Source: Naegleria gruberi (taxonomy: Eukaryota). Taken from it: DNA of 64,000 nucleotides. The translations under genes were made by a program, and so were the position numbers. The DNA is taken from NCBI GenBank assembly GCA_000004985.1, contig GG738907.1. One strand, given 5' to 3'. The notes under the pieces are model-generated. The model was given only the letters and a program-made list of their open reading frames with translations. It was not told where the DNA came from and did no database searches. Below, piece after piece: positions 43,654-54,486 of this stretch (positions are counted from its first letter, which is position 1; each line of letters starts with the position of its first letter).

Positions 43654-44469
43654 TTATATGGAAATGAGTGGAACAGAAGGATCTCTATAATAATTCTTAT
43701 CAATTACTCTTTCAGAGAGGAAGGTAGTATCAATCTTTGTCCACAATGATCTGTTTGAGGAGAGATGTTCATGAATATCGACGTTTGGTGGTCGATTTGC
43801 AACTTTTTCCTTTTCAATGCAATGAATTCCACCACTTACATACTCCTCAATGCAATAACACTTGGAATCGGTCATGAGATATGGATTCACAACGTCATTA
43901 TTGCCAATTGGACAGTAGACAGCTTGAATTGGTTCATTAACTGTGAATTTTACAATACAAATTCCAAAGAACCAACATTCATTGGCAGATTGTGGAAATC
44001 TGAGTAATACACATGCTCCATTGTAATCTCCATTTTTAGAAGCATATGCTTCTCCATATTCTTCTCTAGTAGTATCAACTCCAATATAAATTTCGAATGG
44101 AGTTTCGTCTGCATTAAATTCCTTGATAAATGCCTTGAAATATGATTCAGATTCAATAATTGGATCTCTGTAATACATGCCATCACGAGAAATGACAGTT
44201 CCATTGTCCAATTCCATATCCTGATGGACCATGCACTCGGAAGTTTCCCTTCTTGCTTGCTTGTTAAAAGTATCTTCGAATATTTTCACAACTTTCTTAT
44301 CCTTTCGAACAAGAAAAACGAAAGAACGACCACCATTATCATGAGTAGCATAACAATCATAATCAGCAAATGATTGTTCGGTAAGATCGGTTTCCTTGAA
44401 GGAAGTAATTTGTGGTACGGTTGTTTGTGTTTGACATTTTTTTGAAGTATTTATTCTGTCAGCAGTCAA
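43654..44469 (-). CDS. Hypothetical protein; start unresolved (the tool's start is TTG, and the first in-frame ATG is far internal)
   Basis: A long ORF of 271 codons with a coding-like composition. An upstream exon is likely. Confidence 0.3.
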   Translation of the reverse strand: MTADRINTSKKCQTQTTVPQITSFKETDLTEQSFADYDCYATHDNGGRSFVFLVRKDKKVVKIFEDTFNKQARRETSECMVHQDMELDNGTVISRDGMYYRDPIIESESYFKAFIKEFNADETPFEIYIGVDTTREEYGEAYASKNGDYNGACVLLRFPQSANECWFFGICIVKFTVNEPIQAVYCPIGNNDVVNPYLMTDSKCYCIEEYVSGGIHCIEKEKVANRPPNVDIHEHLSSNRSLWTKIDTTFLSERVIDKNYYRDPSVPLISI

Positions 44470-44664
44470 ATTTTTGTTTAAATTGCCGGTAAAGAATGTT
44501 ACTGTTTGGATTTTGAGACTGTTTCTAAAGAAAATTGAAAATAGTAACCTTCAGAAGGGTAATACTGTAAATTTTAAGTTACAAAATATTATGATCGTTG
44601 TTTCAACTTTTCTTCGAATGAACTAACACCCTTAGATGAACTTGATTTCCCATTACAAAAAAAA

Positions 44665-45483
44665 ATGCCGTTATCATCATCCTCATGGTTTGGGATGTCC
44701 CAATGCAATGATAGTGCAAATTCAGATGTTGATGAATTCTCCACCGAGAACCAACATGAAAGCAATCTCTTTTCCGATCAATTATCATCGGAAATTGTAA
44801 TTTTAATTGCCTCCTATTTGGATTTACGATCCTTGTATTGTTTTGCTAGAATTGATTCGTTCATGATTAAATTATTATTCAATATGGACAGGAATAGAGT
44901 GATGAAATTGGGTTATTTGAAAACTGTTATAAAAAAGCAGAAAAAGCAAGTGACACAGAATGAATTGATTCAATCAGATTCATTGATTGAGGAATACTCA
45001 AAAGAGGAAGATTGTAATTTTACAATGACACAAGAACAAGTTTGGAAAAATCTCGTCTGTTATTATTTTCCTCAATTTAAAAAGGATTTGACTGTAAAGA
45101 ATTGGATGCATATTATGAGGAGAAGAGTAGCTCATTTGAAATTATACGCTCCTGAACATTTACCTTTGGGAAATAGTATTCCAAGAGAGGTTTTCTCATT
45201 GGATTCTAAAAAGACGAGTAGAAATTTCATTGAGGGATGTGAATTTAATTACAAATGTCCACTTACGATTGAAATGACTGATAGTACGTATGATTGTACA
45301 GTTTGTAATAAGATTGTGTATTATGTTGACAATGAGATTTCATTCAAGACTCATGCTTCTCAAGGTCATTGTATCTATTATAAGAATATTGAAAACAATA
45401 TTGAATTTATGGGTGATATTTATGTACCTCCGGTTACTGGGCGTACCACTGGCATTAGCAATTTTTTTAATTTCCTAAATTAA
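44665..45483 (+). CDS. F-box-like protein
   Basis: ATG at 44665 (aaaaaaaATG). LSSEIVILIASYLDLRSLYCFARIDSFMIKLLFN. Confidence 0.4.
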   Translation: MPLSSSSWFGMSQCNDSANSDVDEFSTENQHESNLFSDQLSSEIVILIASYLDLRSLYCFARIDSFMIKLLFNMDRNRVMKLGYLKTVIKKQKKQVTQNELIQSDSLIEEYSKEEDCNFTMTQEQVWKNLVCYYFPQFKKDLTVKNWMHIMRRRVAHLKLYAPEHLPLGNSIPREVFSLDSKKTSRNFIEGCEFNYKCPLTIEMTDSTYDCTVCNKIVYYVDNEISFKTHASQGHCIYYKNIENNIEFMGDIYVPPVTGRTTGISNFFNFLN

Positions 45484-45519
45484 AACTAAGGAATTGAAAA
45501 TAGGTTACAAAAATTTAAG

Positions 45520-46480
45520 TTACAAAACATTGTGTAATTTTGAATCGTTGAATAATTTTCTTCCAAGTCTGATATTCATCTTGACCATTTCACTCTCCAA
45601 TTTTGATTCTGCACTCACAATTACCATAATAAAAGTATTCATTGTAAATTCCTCAAAGAATGCAGAAAAATCACTTTTCACTAGTTCCATACTTGAGAGT
45701 TGGGAATGAGCTTTGGAGCAGCTCAGTTTGAATTGTTTGGTAATGTTGGCAATCTTTTCAAATCTGTGATCATCTTGGGTGACTTTCTCATTGGACCATT
45801 GAGAAATTAGGAGAAAGGTAGATCTTTCGAATAGGACAACTTCTTCAGCTCCACAAATTTTTGCAAATTCTTCGAGTTTGGATTTGATTTCATTAATTTG
45901 AGGAATCAATGTATTGAGAATTGATCCCCAAGCTCTATACAATGACTCATCCCAAATTGAAGTCCTAAAACAAGTCAAATCAGTCAATTCAGCCACAGCC
46001 ATAATTTCCTTTTCCTTCCTTTGTAAAATCTTTTCTCTCTCACTTGGAATTAACACATCAGTCTTATGCAGCAAACAGAATACCTTTGTATTTGATGAAT
46101 TTTCCCCAAGAGCTTGCAAACTTTCATGAAAATCCCTCAAAACTTCCTCATCTCCATCCGTAGAAACATCAAACACATAGACAAGTGCATTCACTTGTGA
46201 AAATATCGATTCTCTCCGATTTTTGAAATAATTCAACATCATATTTTGCTGTCCTCCACAATCCCACAAATTAACCTTCATATTTTCCATCAATTTAATC
46301 GGAATGTATTCCACATCAATTGTCGGAGCTAATTTTCTGCACTCCATCGGAGATGTCATTGCAAATAATATGGAACGCATTGAAGTCTTTCCAGAGCCAT
46401 TCTATTAATTATTTTAATATTCATCAAATCTCTCTTTACACAATTAATTATCATACCTTTCCCATTAACAATAGTTTCAT
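45520..46480 (-). CDS. RagA/B (Gtr1)-type Ras-related GTP-binding protein; exon 2 is 45520..46401, plus a short 5' exon starting at ATG (rc) 46478-46480
   Basis: Exon 1 reads ATGAAACTATTGTTAATGGGAAAAG|GTATGA (MKLLLMGK). An intron of about 55 nt ends aattaatag at 46402. Exon 2 reads (N)[14 protein letters not shown]...TIDVEY...LWDCGGQ...HKTD...FRTSIWDESLYRAWGSI..., which matches RagA ([26 protein letters not shown]...). The exact junction phase does not fit canonical GT-AG without a 1-nt shift. Confidence 0.7.
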
Positions 46481-46570
46481 TTTTTTTAAAATGTGTAAAT
46501 TTAGAAAATGCACTTTATTGTAAAGTTATTTACAATGAATTTTGTAAAGGTTCAACCTTTGTCTCACTAA

Positions 46571-48076
46571 TTATTGATTAGTAAGACCTTCAATAGAATG
46601 TGTTGGGAAGGCAGAGTAGGAAATCAATCCAATGGCTATGAAAATTAGTAAATACGAAATGGCTATCAGAATCTTTTCTGCCAATTTAGTTCCTCTCAAT
46701 TCCAAGAAACACAATCCACAAATAATCGATGTCAAAATGGCAAAGAATGCATGAATGATAATTGGGAAATTACTTCTCCCTCCATATAAATGTTCTGCCA
46801 AGATTAACAGTAAAATGCTGCCATACCAAAATAATCCTTGGAAAATTGAGACAATGAGTCCTAAAATTCTGAAAACTCTGACATTCATACCACCTCCCAT
46901 GCAGACAAATCCACCAGAGCACAGGGCCATCTTTTTGATTGTTCTATTGTAGAGCAACAAGACGAAACATCCCATAAATACGAAAGGATACGAAATTGGG
47001 AATGAAATGCCAATAATAAAAACTCTAGCTCTAAAGAAATCAAATGGAGTATTAGCCAAATTATTTGGATCTACAGTTCTTTGTAACTTGTCAACCAAAG
47101 ATCCTGAACTGGTTGTCACCTTTGCAAGAAATGCAACTTCAAATAGGAAAAAGACAATCCCTGCCAAAGCTCCCAAAAACAATCCAATATAATACTTGAA
47201 GAGAACTCTCATTTTCAATGTTCGTGAAACATTTTTCTGACGTTCTGTCTCCTTCTTTACAACCTCAGTCCAATTAATTGTTTTTTCCATGTGTTCTCCT
47301 TCAGTTCGAGAAACAGTTTCGTCCTCCATTCTCTTCTCTCTCGTATTCTTCTCCACGAAAAAGTATCCCAGACACAGAAACAAAACTCCGAACACTATAA
47401 ATGGTAATGCCACACAAAACACAATTCCCTTCGAATTGGTAAAGATGTATTGAAGTGGATAGGCATAAATGGAAGAATTTGCACCATTCTCATAATCAAC
47501 ATCCTTTCCAGCAACCCAATATGTCATTATATTGAAGAATGAAGCAACTCCATAGACCATTATTCCACTCCATCCGAATCCAATGTATTCACTCGAGAGA
47601 GCCCACATTGAAAAGCCAAACACGACCCAAACAACGTGAGCTACCACCACACCAATCCAATCCTCGACTAGAAATAATCTAGACGAATCTAAACCATCCG
47701 AAACTTGTGAAAGATAGGTCGAATTAGTCGACGATTGATGAAAGTAATATTCCAGTGATGAGATTGGAACTAAACCCTGACAGAATAGCCCTACCAGTGG
47801 CCAAAACACCAAACCAAAGAACATACTAATCAACCAACTATTCTCAAATCTCCACAAAGTTTTCCTGTGAATTAGTTTAGTAAAGACTGGAGTGGGAACT
47901 AGGAAGAGAATGGAAAATATGCCACCAAATGCAGCACACAAGACACCTAGACCTGCGTTTTGTGCTGAGATAATGTCACTGGTAGATGTAGAGTTGGTGA
48001 TGGTGTCATTGACAAGTGACGTTGTGTTGTCTAGTAGTTGATAGATAAAGACATCATAAGATGATAAACTGGACAT
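46571..48076 (-). CDS. Polytopic membrane protein (about 10-12 predicted TM helices), function unknown
   Basis: The likely start is the ATG (rc) at 48074-48076 (aaaaaaaATGTCCAGTTTATCATC...). The tool's ORF extends further on a non-ATG start. There are many long hydrophobic segments. Confidence 0.45.
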   Translation of the reverse strand: MSSLSSYDVFIYQLLDNTTSLVNDTITNSTSTSDIISAQNAGLGVLCAAFGGIFSILFLVPTPVFTKLIHRKTLWRFENSWLISMFFGLVFWPLVGLFCQGLVPISSLEYYFHQSSTNSTYLSQVSDGLDSSRLFLVEDWIGVVVAHVVWVVFGFSMWALSSEYIGFGWSGIMVYGVASFFNIMTYWVAGKDVDYENGANSSIYAYPLQYIFTNSKGIVFCVALPFIVFGVLFLCLGYFFVEKNTREKRMEDETVSRTEGEHMEKTINWTEVVKKETERQKNVSRTLKMRVLFKYYIGLFLGALAGIVFFLFEVAFLAKVTTSSGSLVDKLQRTVDPNNLANTPFDFFRARVFIIGISFPISYPFVFMGCFVLLLYNRTIKKMALCSGGFVCMGGGMNVRVFRILGLIVSIFQGLFWYGSILLLILAEHLYGGRSNFPIIIHAFFAILTSIICGLCFLELRGTKLAEKILIAISYLLIFIAIGLISYSAFPTHSIEGLTNQ

Positions 48077-48445
48077 TTTTTTTGTGTTGGTTATTTGGAC
48101 ATTTTGCAGTGACAATGTTGTGATGAATTTTTGCCAATAACGTTGATGGCTGACATATGGTGTCAAGTTTTTTCAAACATCATTAAAATTTAGGATGTAG
48201 GTGGCATTTTGGGAATTTCTTTGAGTTTCAGTGAATGTATTTAGGGTGAAGGCCTGTTTTTGTAATAAGGAAGTGATTCAAGTCAATTATTTTTCACACA
48301 AAGTTTACTTGAAAACTGTTAGAAAGTTCTTTAGAATTCAGTGATAATTCTTCAGTCATTCACATTCAAATATTCAAATATTTGTTGCTTTAGAGAATAT
48401 TACCTGATTATCTAACTCAATTCACTTTTTGTAAAGTTTTTATTT

Positions 48446-49237
48446 TCAACGATTGTTACACATGACAGCAATTATGATGATTCCTGTCAAGAAAGCAAAG
48501 AAGAATAGAACGGAGAAAACAATGCTAGCTGCTCCCCATCCAAGTAAATTCTTGTATAAATAGCTATATCTATTAGAAAAGAGAGTTTCTCCATTCGAAT
48601 TCGTATAACAATTCATATAGTCTCCTACTTGTTCTTGTTTCGAAACTTGAACCTTGTCGCTTACCTGCGATCTGAGTACTTTCTCTATCATTGTTAGAGA
48701 AAGTGAACTATTAAACGATGCTAAATTTGGATAATTTGAGCTTGTGAAAGAATTGGTCAACTCTGAATTTGTTCCATTTACAACATATTCAACCATAGCT
48801 CTACAATTAAAATCCAACCACAAATTTCTAGGATAATCCTCAGAGTAATATTCATATAAACTAACATTATTTGGATTAAAATAAAAAGGTGCATTAATTT
48901 CTTCTCTCTTTTCATATTTTTGCGTATCTGTTGTGAGTTTGTAATAAGCAGAATTCGATTTTTGAACTATTTCGATCAGATTTTGTAAATTTGATGGATA
49001 TTTGACAGTAGCTCTGCAAAATGTTGTTCCCCTGCTGCTCGTCTCACAATTTTGTAACGATGTAATTTGACAACAGTTGACCATCTTGAATTTCACAGCA
49101 TCAGGATCATTTACATAGTAATAATCAATATTAATACAGACAAAGGTAACGATAGTACTAATTAAAAAGAGTGCCATTCCAATAAATCCTCCAATCAAAC
49201 AGGAACTTCCCAATATTTTGTAAAATCCAAAAGACAT
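48446..49237 (-). CDS. Two-TM membrane protein with Cys-containing extracytoplasmic loop, function unknown
   Basis: The likely start is the ATG (rc) at 49235-49237 (MSFGFYKILGSSCLIGGFIGMALFL...). A C-terminal TM reads LLGWGAASIVFSVLFFFAFLTGIIIIAV. Confidence 0.4.
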   Translation of the reverse strand: MSFGFYKILGSSCLIGGFIGMALFLISTIVTFVCINIDYYYVNDPDAVKFKMVNCCQITSLQNCETSSRGTTFCRATVKYPSNLQNLIEIVQKSNSAYYKLTTDTQKYEKREEINAPFYFNPNNVSLYEYYSEDYPRNLWLDFNCRAMVEYVVNGTNSELTNSFTSSNYPNLASFNSSLSLTMIEKVLRSQVSDKVQVSKQEQVGDYMNCYTNSNGETLFSNRYSYLYKNLLGWGAASIVFSVLFFFAFLTGIIIIAVMCNNR

Positions 49238-50592
49238 GTTGTATTTATAATGGTAATAACTGAAAAAAGATGGTTGTGTGTGTTTTCTTTTTGTTTTGAA
49301 TTTTAATGTGGGGACTGGTGATTTTGATGCTGTTGTTGCTGGATGCAATTTCAGTGACTCACAGATGGGTGTGTTGGTTGAGATGTTGCGATGGTTTTAG
49401 AAACAGTTAACAAACAAGGCAATTAGATGGGATCATGAAACTTTTTGAGCTATGGGTCTTCTCATGGCCAGATGGAAGATAAGTTCAATGGGACTTGAGT
49501 AACTTTACCTTCCTAACCGAGTTCTTGGATTCTTGGCTAATGAAAAGCTGGTATCTTGGACTATTAGAAATGTTCAACCAGGTTTGTGCTCAAAAGTCAA
49601 CAAAGCTAATTGGAAGTAAACTATTCGTTTCGAATAATCTGTATTATTTATTTTTGAGTCTTTTCTCAAGATCTTCTGCATCAGATGACATTACAGCATG
49701 CCAAGCAAATTTCAATAAATCCTTTCCATAATTCACAACAATATAATAAATGAGGAGAAGTTTCAAAATTAGTAAAATTGCAAAACGCAGGGCTGAAGAA
49801 AAGATTTCCTCCATCAATCCAGAGATAATTTCACGAATGTTTCCGATAAATGACAATTTTTCTTCTTTTTCTTCTTTTTCTTTAGGAATTTCTTTCTCTT
49901 GATCTGCTGGAATTTTCTTTTTGAAAAATTGGCGGGAAATTACATTATTTAATTGAAAATTATTTGTAGATTTAATTAATTGACCATGTGATGATGGCGA
50001 TGATAGGGGAAGCACTGATTTTGTAAATTTGCAATTCCACAACGGTTTTGTGTTAATGGAGGTAATAACTCGTTTCAACATTTTTTTTCTGAGCGGGAAT
50101 GAAATTTCAGCCAACTGGAAGGTTGCCACATAAAGGTCAATGGAGGATCTTGTTAAGTGTGAGAACACAAGACATAAAAAGAACAAAAAATGATATTGAT
50201 TTGTAGAAATGATGAGTTTAAGAGAGGATGTTTAGAAAGTTGAGAATTCCCAACTCTATTTGATATTGATTCAATCCCTTCAAATCAAATTCTTGGTATT
50301 TTGTAAAGTACAGAGAATCAAGACGCCATTTCGCTCGATTTATCTCTTAAATTACTGGTCATCTTTTAAAAATCACAAATTGGTTTATTTCAGATTTCAA
50401 TAATTAAATACAACTTTCACTCCATTTCATTGTATTATGAATTGTATATTTTGAATAGTGTTTCTTCAAAGTATTGTTGTTATTATTTTGGCGGGTTGTA
50501 GTTTTCAAAAATACACCATGTGTCACTTGACATTTAGAAAATTCCTTAAATACTGAACTGTTTTCGAGAAATGATTGAATCAAAACAAAAAA

Positions 50593-52473
50593 ATGAATCA
50601 AAACAATAGATTCCTAGTGTTTGCGCTTCTAGGTCTTACTTGCTTGATTAGCTTCATTCTTACTAGCTCTGTAGTTGAAGGTAGAAGAGCTGCAGTTGTG
50701 CGTAAAGTTGCAGCTGTCAAGAAGCAATTGACCTACAAGAAATGTGAATCTGTTGGTGACCCTCATTATCTTTCTTTCACTGGTCAACGTTTCGATCACA
50801 TGGGATTAGGTGATTATGTTCTTGCTCAATCATCTGACAATCAATTCACAGTCCATGTTAGAACTAGTAAGTGGGGAGGTGCTGCAGCTGTCAATTCCAA
50901 TGTTGCTGTCAGATTAGGTAAAGGCGAGGATGATACTTTCGAATATGATGTCGAACAAGATGTTTTTTACCTTTCTGGTGTTAAGGCAAGTTTGGGTGTC
51001 AATCAAAAGGTTTCTCTTGGAACTGGTGATGTTCAAAGAATCAACACAAACACTGCTGTAGTTTCTGGCTCAAATGGTATCAAGATGACCATGTCTTGGT
51101 ATCGTCATGCTGCTTGGAAGCAACAATTGGGTTCTGTTGGTTATATTTCAGTTGTCATTGATGCTCCAAGTGATATTACTTTCAATAAGGGTATGTGTCT
51201 TGGTGCTTCCGAAGCTTCTCAACAAGCCATTGATATTCTCCACAACCATGTCCAAAGAAGAATTGCTAGAAAGGCTGAACTCAAGAAGGCTACTCCAAAG
51301 AGATCTAGATCTGCTAGAAAGGTCTGTAAGAAGGCTGGTTTGAATAAGAAGCAAAATCCATTCGCTTGGAAGTCTTGTGTCAAGGATGCTATTCAATCTG
51401 GATCCAAGATTGGTTTGAAGATTGGTCAAAACATCAAGAAGGTCAAAGTTGCTGAAAAGAAGGTTTTGAAGAAGGAAATCAAGAAGAAGGCTAAGAAGAT
51501 TGTTCGTAAGGAAAAGAAGGCTATTGAAAAGGCAAAGAAGGAAGCTGACTTGTTGAAGAAGAAGGCCGATCAAGCTCAAAAGAAGGCAACTCAAAAGAGA
51601 GCCAAGTGTGCTAAACGTGCTTCAAGAAAGGCCAGACGTGCTGCTAGAAGAGCAAGACGTGCTGCCAAAAGACTTGCCAAGAAGAAGCAAATTCTCAAAA
51701 AGGTCAAGAAAACCATTAAGAGATCTGTTCGTACCAAGATTACTATTGTCAAGAACTGGAAGAAAATCATCAAGAAGGTTTTGAATGATAGAAAGAAGGC
51801 CCTCAGAGCTGCTAAGAAGGCAAGACAAGCTGCTAAGAAAGCTATTAAAGAAGCTTCAAGAAAGGCCAGAAAAATTGCTGAAGAAAAGAAGAGACAAGCT
51901 GAAGAATTGGCCAGAAAGCTCCAAAGAGATGCTGAAGCTGCTGCTAAGAAATTGAGAGATGCTGTTGAAGCTGCTGCTAGAAAGGCAAGAGAAGCTGCTG
52001 AAAGAGCTAGACAACAAGCTGAAAATGCTAAATTGGAAGCAACTCGTCGTGCTAGAGTAAAAGCTGCAAGATTGGCCAAGTTAGCTAGAGAAGCTGCTGA
52101 AAGAGCTGCCAAGCAACAAAGAGCTATCCTTGAACAAATCCAAAAGCTTGCTAAATTGGCTGCTATCAAAAAGGCTCAACAAGAAGCTGAAGCAAAGAAG
52201 AGAGCTGCTGAAGCATTGAGACTTGTTGAAGAAGCCAAGAGAAAGGCTGCTGAAGCTCTTGAACGTGCTAAGGCTGAAGCAACCAGAAGAGCCATTGAAA
52301 TTGCTGACAGATTAAGAAAGGCTGCTGAAAAGGCTGCTGAAGAAGCTGCTAAAAGAGTCAAGATGGTTGAAGAATTGAAGAAGAAAGCCCTTAAGGATGT
52401 TGAAAAGCAAGCTAGAAAGCTCCTTAATGGTGGTGTTTCCAAGGGAAAGACTGTATGTTTCAGACTTCCTTAA
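50593..52473 (+). CDS. Secreted VWD (von Willebrand type D) domain protein with a ~400-aa K/A/R/E-rich highly basic helical C-terminal region
   Basis: ATG at 50593, followed by a signal peptide. The VWD start CESVGDPHYLSFTGQRFDHMGLGDYVLAQ runs to ...KGMCLGASE. After that comes extreme low-complexity sequence, KKAKKIVRKEKKAIEKAKKEADLLKKKADQAQKKATQKRAKCAKRASRKARRAARRARRAAKR... Confidence 0.55.
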   Translation: MNQNNRFLVFALLGLTCLISFILTSSVVEGRRAAVVRKVAAVKKQLTYKKCESVGDPHYLSFTGQRFDHMGLGDYVLAQSSDNQFTVHVRTSKWGGAAAVNSNVAVRLGKGEDDTFEYDVEQDVFYLSGVKASLGVNQKVSLGTGDVQRINTNTAVVSGSNGIKMTMSWYRHAAWKQQLGSVGYISVVIDAPSDITFNKGMCLGASEASQQAIDILHNHVQRRIARKAELKKATPKRSRSARKVCKKAGLNKKQNPFAWKSCVKDAIQSGSKIGLKIGQNIKKVKVAEKKVLKKEIKKKAKKIVRKEKKAIEKAKKEADLLKKKADQAQKKATQKRAKCAKRASRKARRAARRARRAAKRLAKKKQILKKVKKTIKRSVRTKITIVKNWKKIIKKVLNDRKKALRAAKKARQAAKKAIKEASRKARKIAEEKKRQAEELARKLQRDAEAAAKKLRDAVEAAARKAREAAERARQQAENAKLEATRRARVKAARLAKLAREAAERAAKQQRAILEQIQKLAKLAAIKKAQQEAEAKKRAAEALRLVEEAKRKAAEALERAKAEATRRAIEIADRLRKAAEKAAEEAAKRVKMVEELKKKALKDVEKQARKLLNGGVSKGKTVCFRLP

Positions 52474-52858
52474 TTGAAAGTTCTAAAACATTCCGAATGT
52501 TGGAAATGTAAATATTCAATTATTGTAAAATAAAATCATCTATAAAAATTAATGTAAAAAACAGTGAGTGAATAGGAAGTGTAAATATTAATAGAGTAGT
52601 GTATTTAAAATAATTAAATTGAATGAAATTTAAACAACATTTTTTTAACGATGGTCCAGTTAATAGTATTTTAAACAACAATTTTAAAAACAAAAAATTG
52701 GGCGGGAAATAGTTTTAAAAAATAAGGTGACATGAAACTCTCACAACACATCATCAACAATTAAAATACATCATTCTCAATTAATTTAAAATTAGTTGAA
52801 TCCGATTGTATAATGGATCCCGCCATTACATATTGTTTCCATTCATTAATCATAAAAA

Positions 52859-54378
52859 ATGTCTTTGAATATCAATAGTCATTCAGGATCAAGAAATCAC
52901 TCGCGTAATCCCTCACCAATGGTGCCACCAACTTCGATATTGAAGAAGGCTGTGATTCCTCCGAATAATTCGGCACAGAATAGTGTCACAATTAATATGT
53001 CAAAGAATGAAACAAAGAGTACAAGTTTTAAATGTTGTTGGTGCATGGATATTTTGAAAGAACCTATTCAATTATCGAGCACGTGTTCTCATTATGGATG
53101 TGCCAGATGTATCAATCTGTTATTGAATTTTGAAAAGTTGAAACGTTGTTGTGATAAATAGTTGAGAATAGGAAACCTTATGAGATACCATGTCCTTGTT
53201 GTCCCAATAGATTGTCATTGTTGTATGATAAGGTACATTCAGATCCTTCGGTATTTGAGCAGAACCAGGAGGGCTATTATTCTACATTTAACAGTGCTCG
53301 ATCAGATGGATTTGGCGGTGAAAAGATTAATCCTTACCTATTTACTCTTATTGATGAAGAGTTTAAATCACTCGCAGATGAGTATGGTAATACAGAATTG
53401 GAAGGTAGAATGTGTGCCAATTGCGAGACTACTCTAGCTACTTGCCAATGTGAAACATGTAAATTTATTCTTTGTGGTGAGTGTTTTGCCTCCATTCATG
53501 ACCAAAAGTTATTGAGCTCACACAAAAAGGCTGATCTAAGGCCTGGAAATTATATTCCTATTAATGAAAAATGTATGAAACATGGAAAGGATTTGGATTT
53601 ATTTTGTATGAACGATAATGAGAAAGTTTGCAGTTTATGTGCCATATCTGAAACTCACAAAAATCATCAGTGTATTCCTGTAAACGAGCATATTTCACAC
53701 TTACACGATGATTTGAGGGTTCAAGCTGAACATCTATTTGCAGATGATGATTCAGCCATTCATAATGAAATTAGTAATATTACCAGTTTTTTACAACATG
53801 CAAATGATTACTATGTACAGTCTAAGAATTTTATTGAGGAAAACTTTGGAAAAATTGAAGCAGCACTAAAAAAGAGAAAGGAAGGCTTGTTGAACACAGC
53901 TTTAAAAACTTACAAAAATCCCAACATGGAAGAAAAGGTTAAATTGCTGAAAACATTCTCCTTCTCTGGTTGGAGAGATTCTATTGCACGATTTTCACGA
54001 AAGCTCAATGAAGAAGACAAGATTAATCAAACATCTAAACGATTGGAATTCATTGAAAATCATCTCACCATTGATCACATGTTGAACTCGGGAGATATCA
54101 TACCTGGTAATAATTTGGAATCTAGTCAAGAAGATAATGCTTATTCCAGATCTCAAACACCAATGTTGGAGGATGGTATTGTTTCAGATATTATCAATAT
54201 GATTGAAATGATTACGATATCAAAAGATGAACATGCTCAAAATCAAGAAAATATCAAACATGATAAGAAATTCAAATCAATAATCGGAGACATGATGCAC
54301 CAAAATGAAAATTCAATACGAAAGTCCATTTCCATCACTTGTTTGAGCTCTAAAAAACGATTAGGATCTACGCAATAA
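52859..54378 (+). CDS. TRIM-like protein: RING finger, two B-box zinc fingers, coiled coil. The frame changes near 53150-53175 (intron or frameshift unresolved)
   Basis: ATG at 52859. RING CCWCMDILKEPIQLSSTCSHYGCARCI ... (next frame) PCPCCPNRL. B-box1 CANCETTLATCQCETCKFILCGECFASIHDQKLLSSH. B-box2 CMKHGKDLDLFCMNDNEKVCSLCAISETHKNH (CHC3H2). These are followed by coiled-coil segments. Confidence 0.5.
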
Positions 54379-54486
54379 TCTCATTCAATCATTATTTGCA
54401 TTCTTTCAATAAAGTATAATATTAGGGATGTAAATTGATCTCCGATCCTTTATTTACAGAGATATCACAATAGTGATTCAAATTTT

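Noticed and set aside
49644-50186. 180-aa - strand ORF with a C-terminal hydrophobic helix
   Set aside because: The start is unclear, no domain is recognisable, and part of it is A/T-rich low complexity. I kept it out of the feature list as too weakly supported. It could be a real small tail-anchored protein.
51107-52442. Several - strand and + strand ORFs overlapping the VWD/K-A-R-E gene
   Set aside because: They are produced by the extreme GCT/AAG/AGA codon repetition of the basic tract. Their L/S/A-rich products have no independent support.
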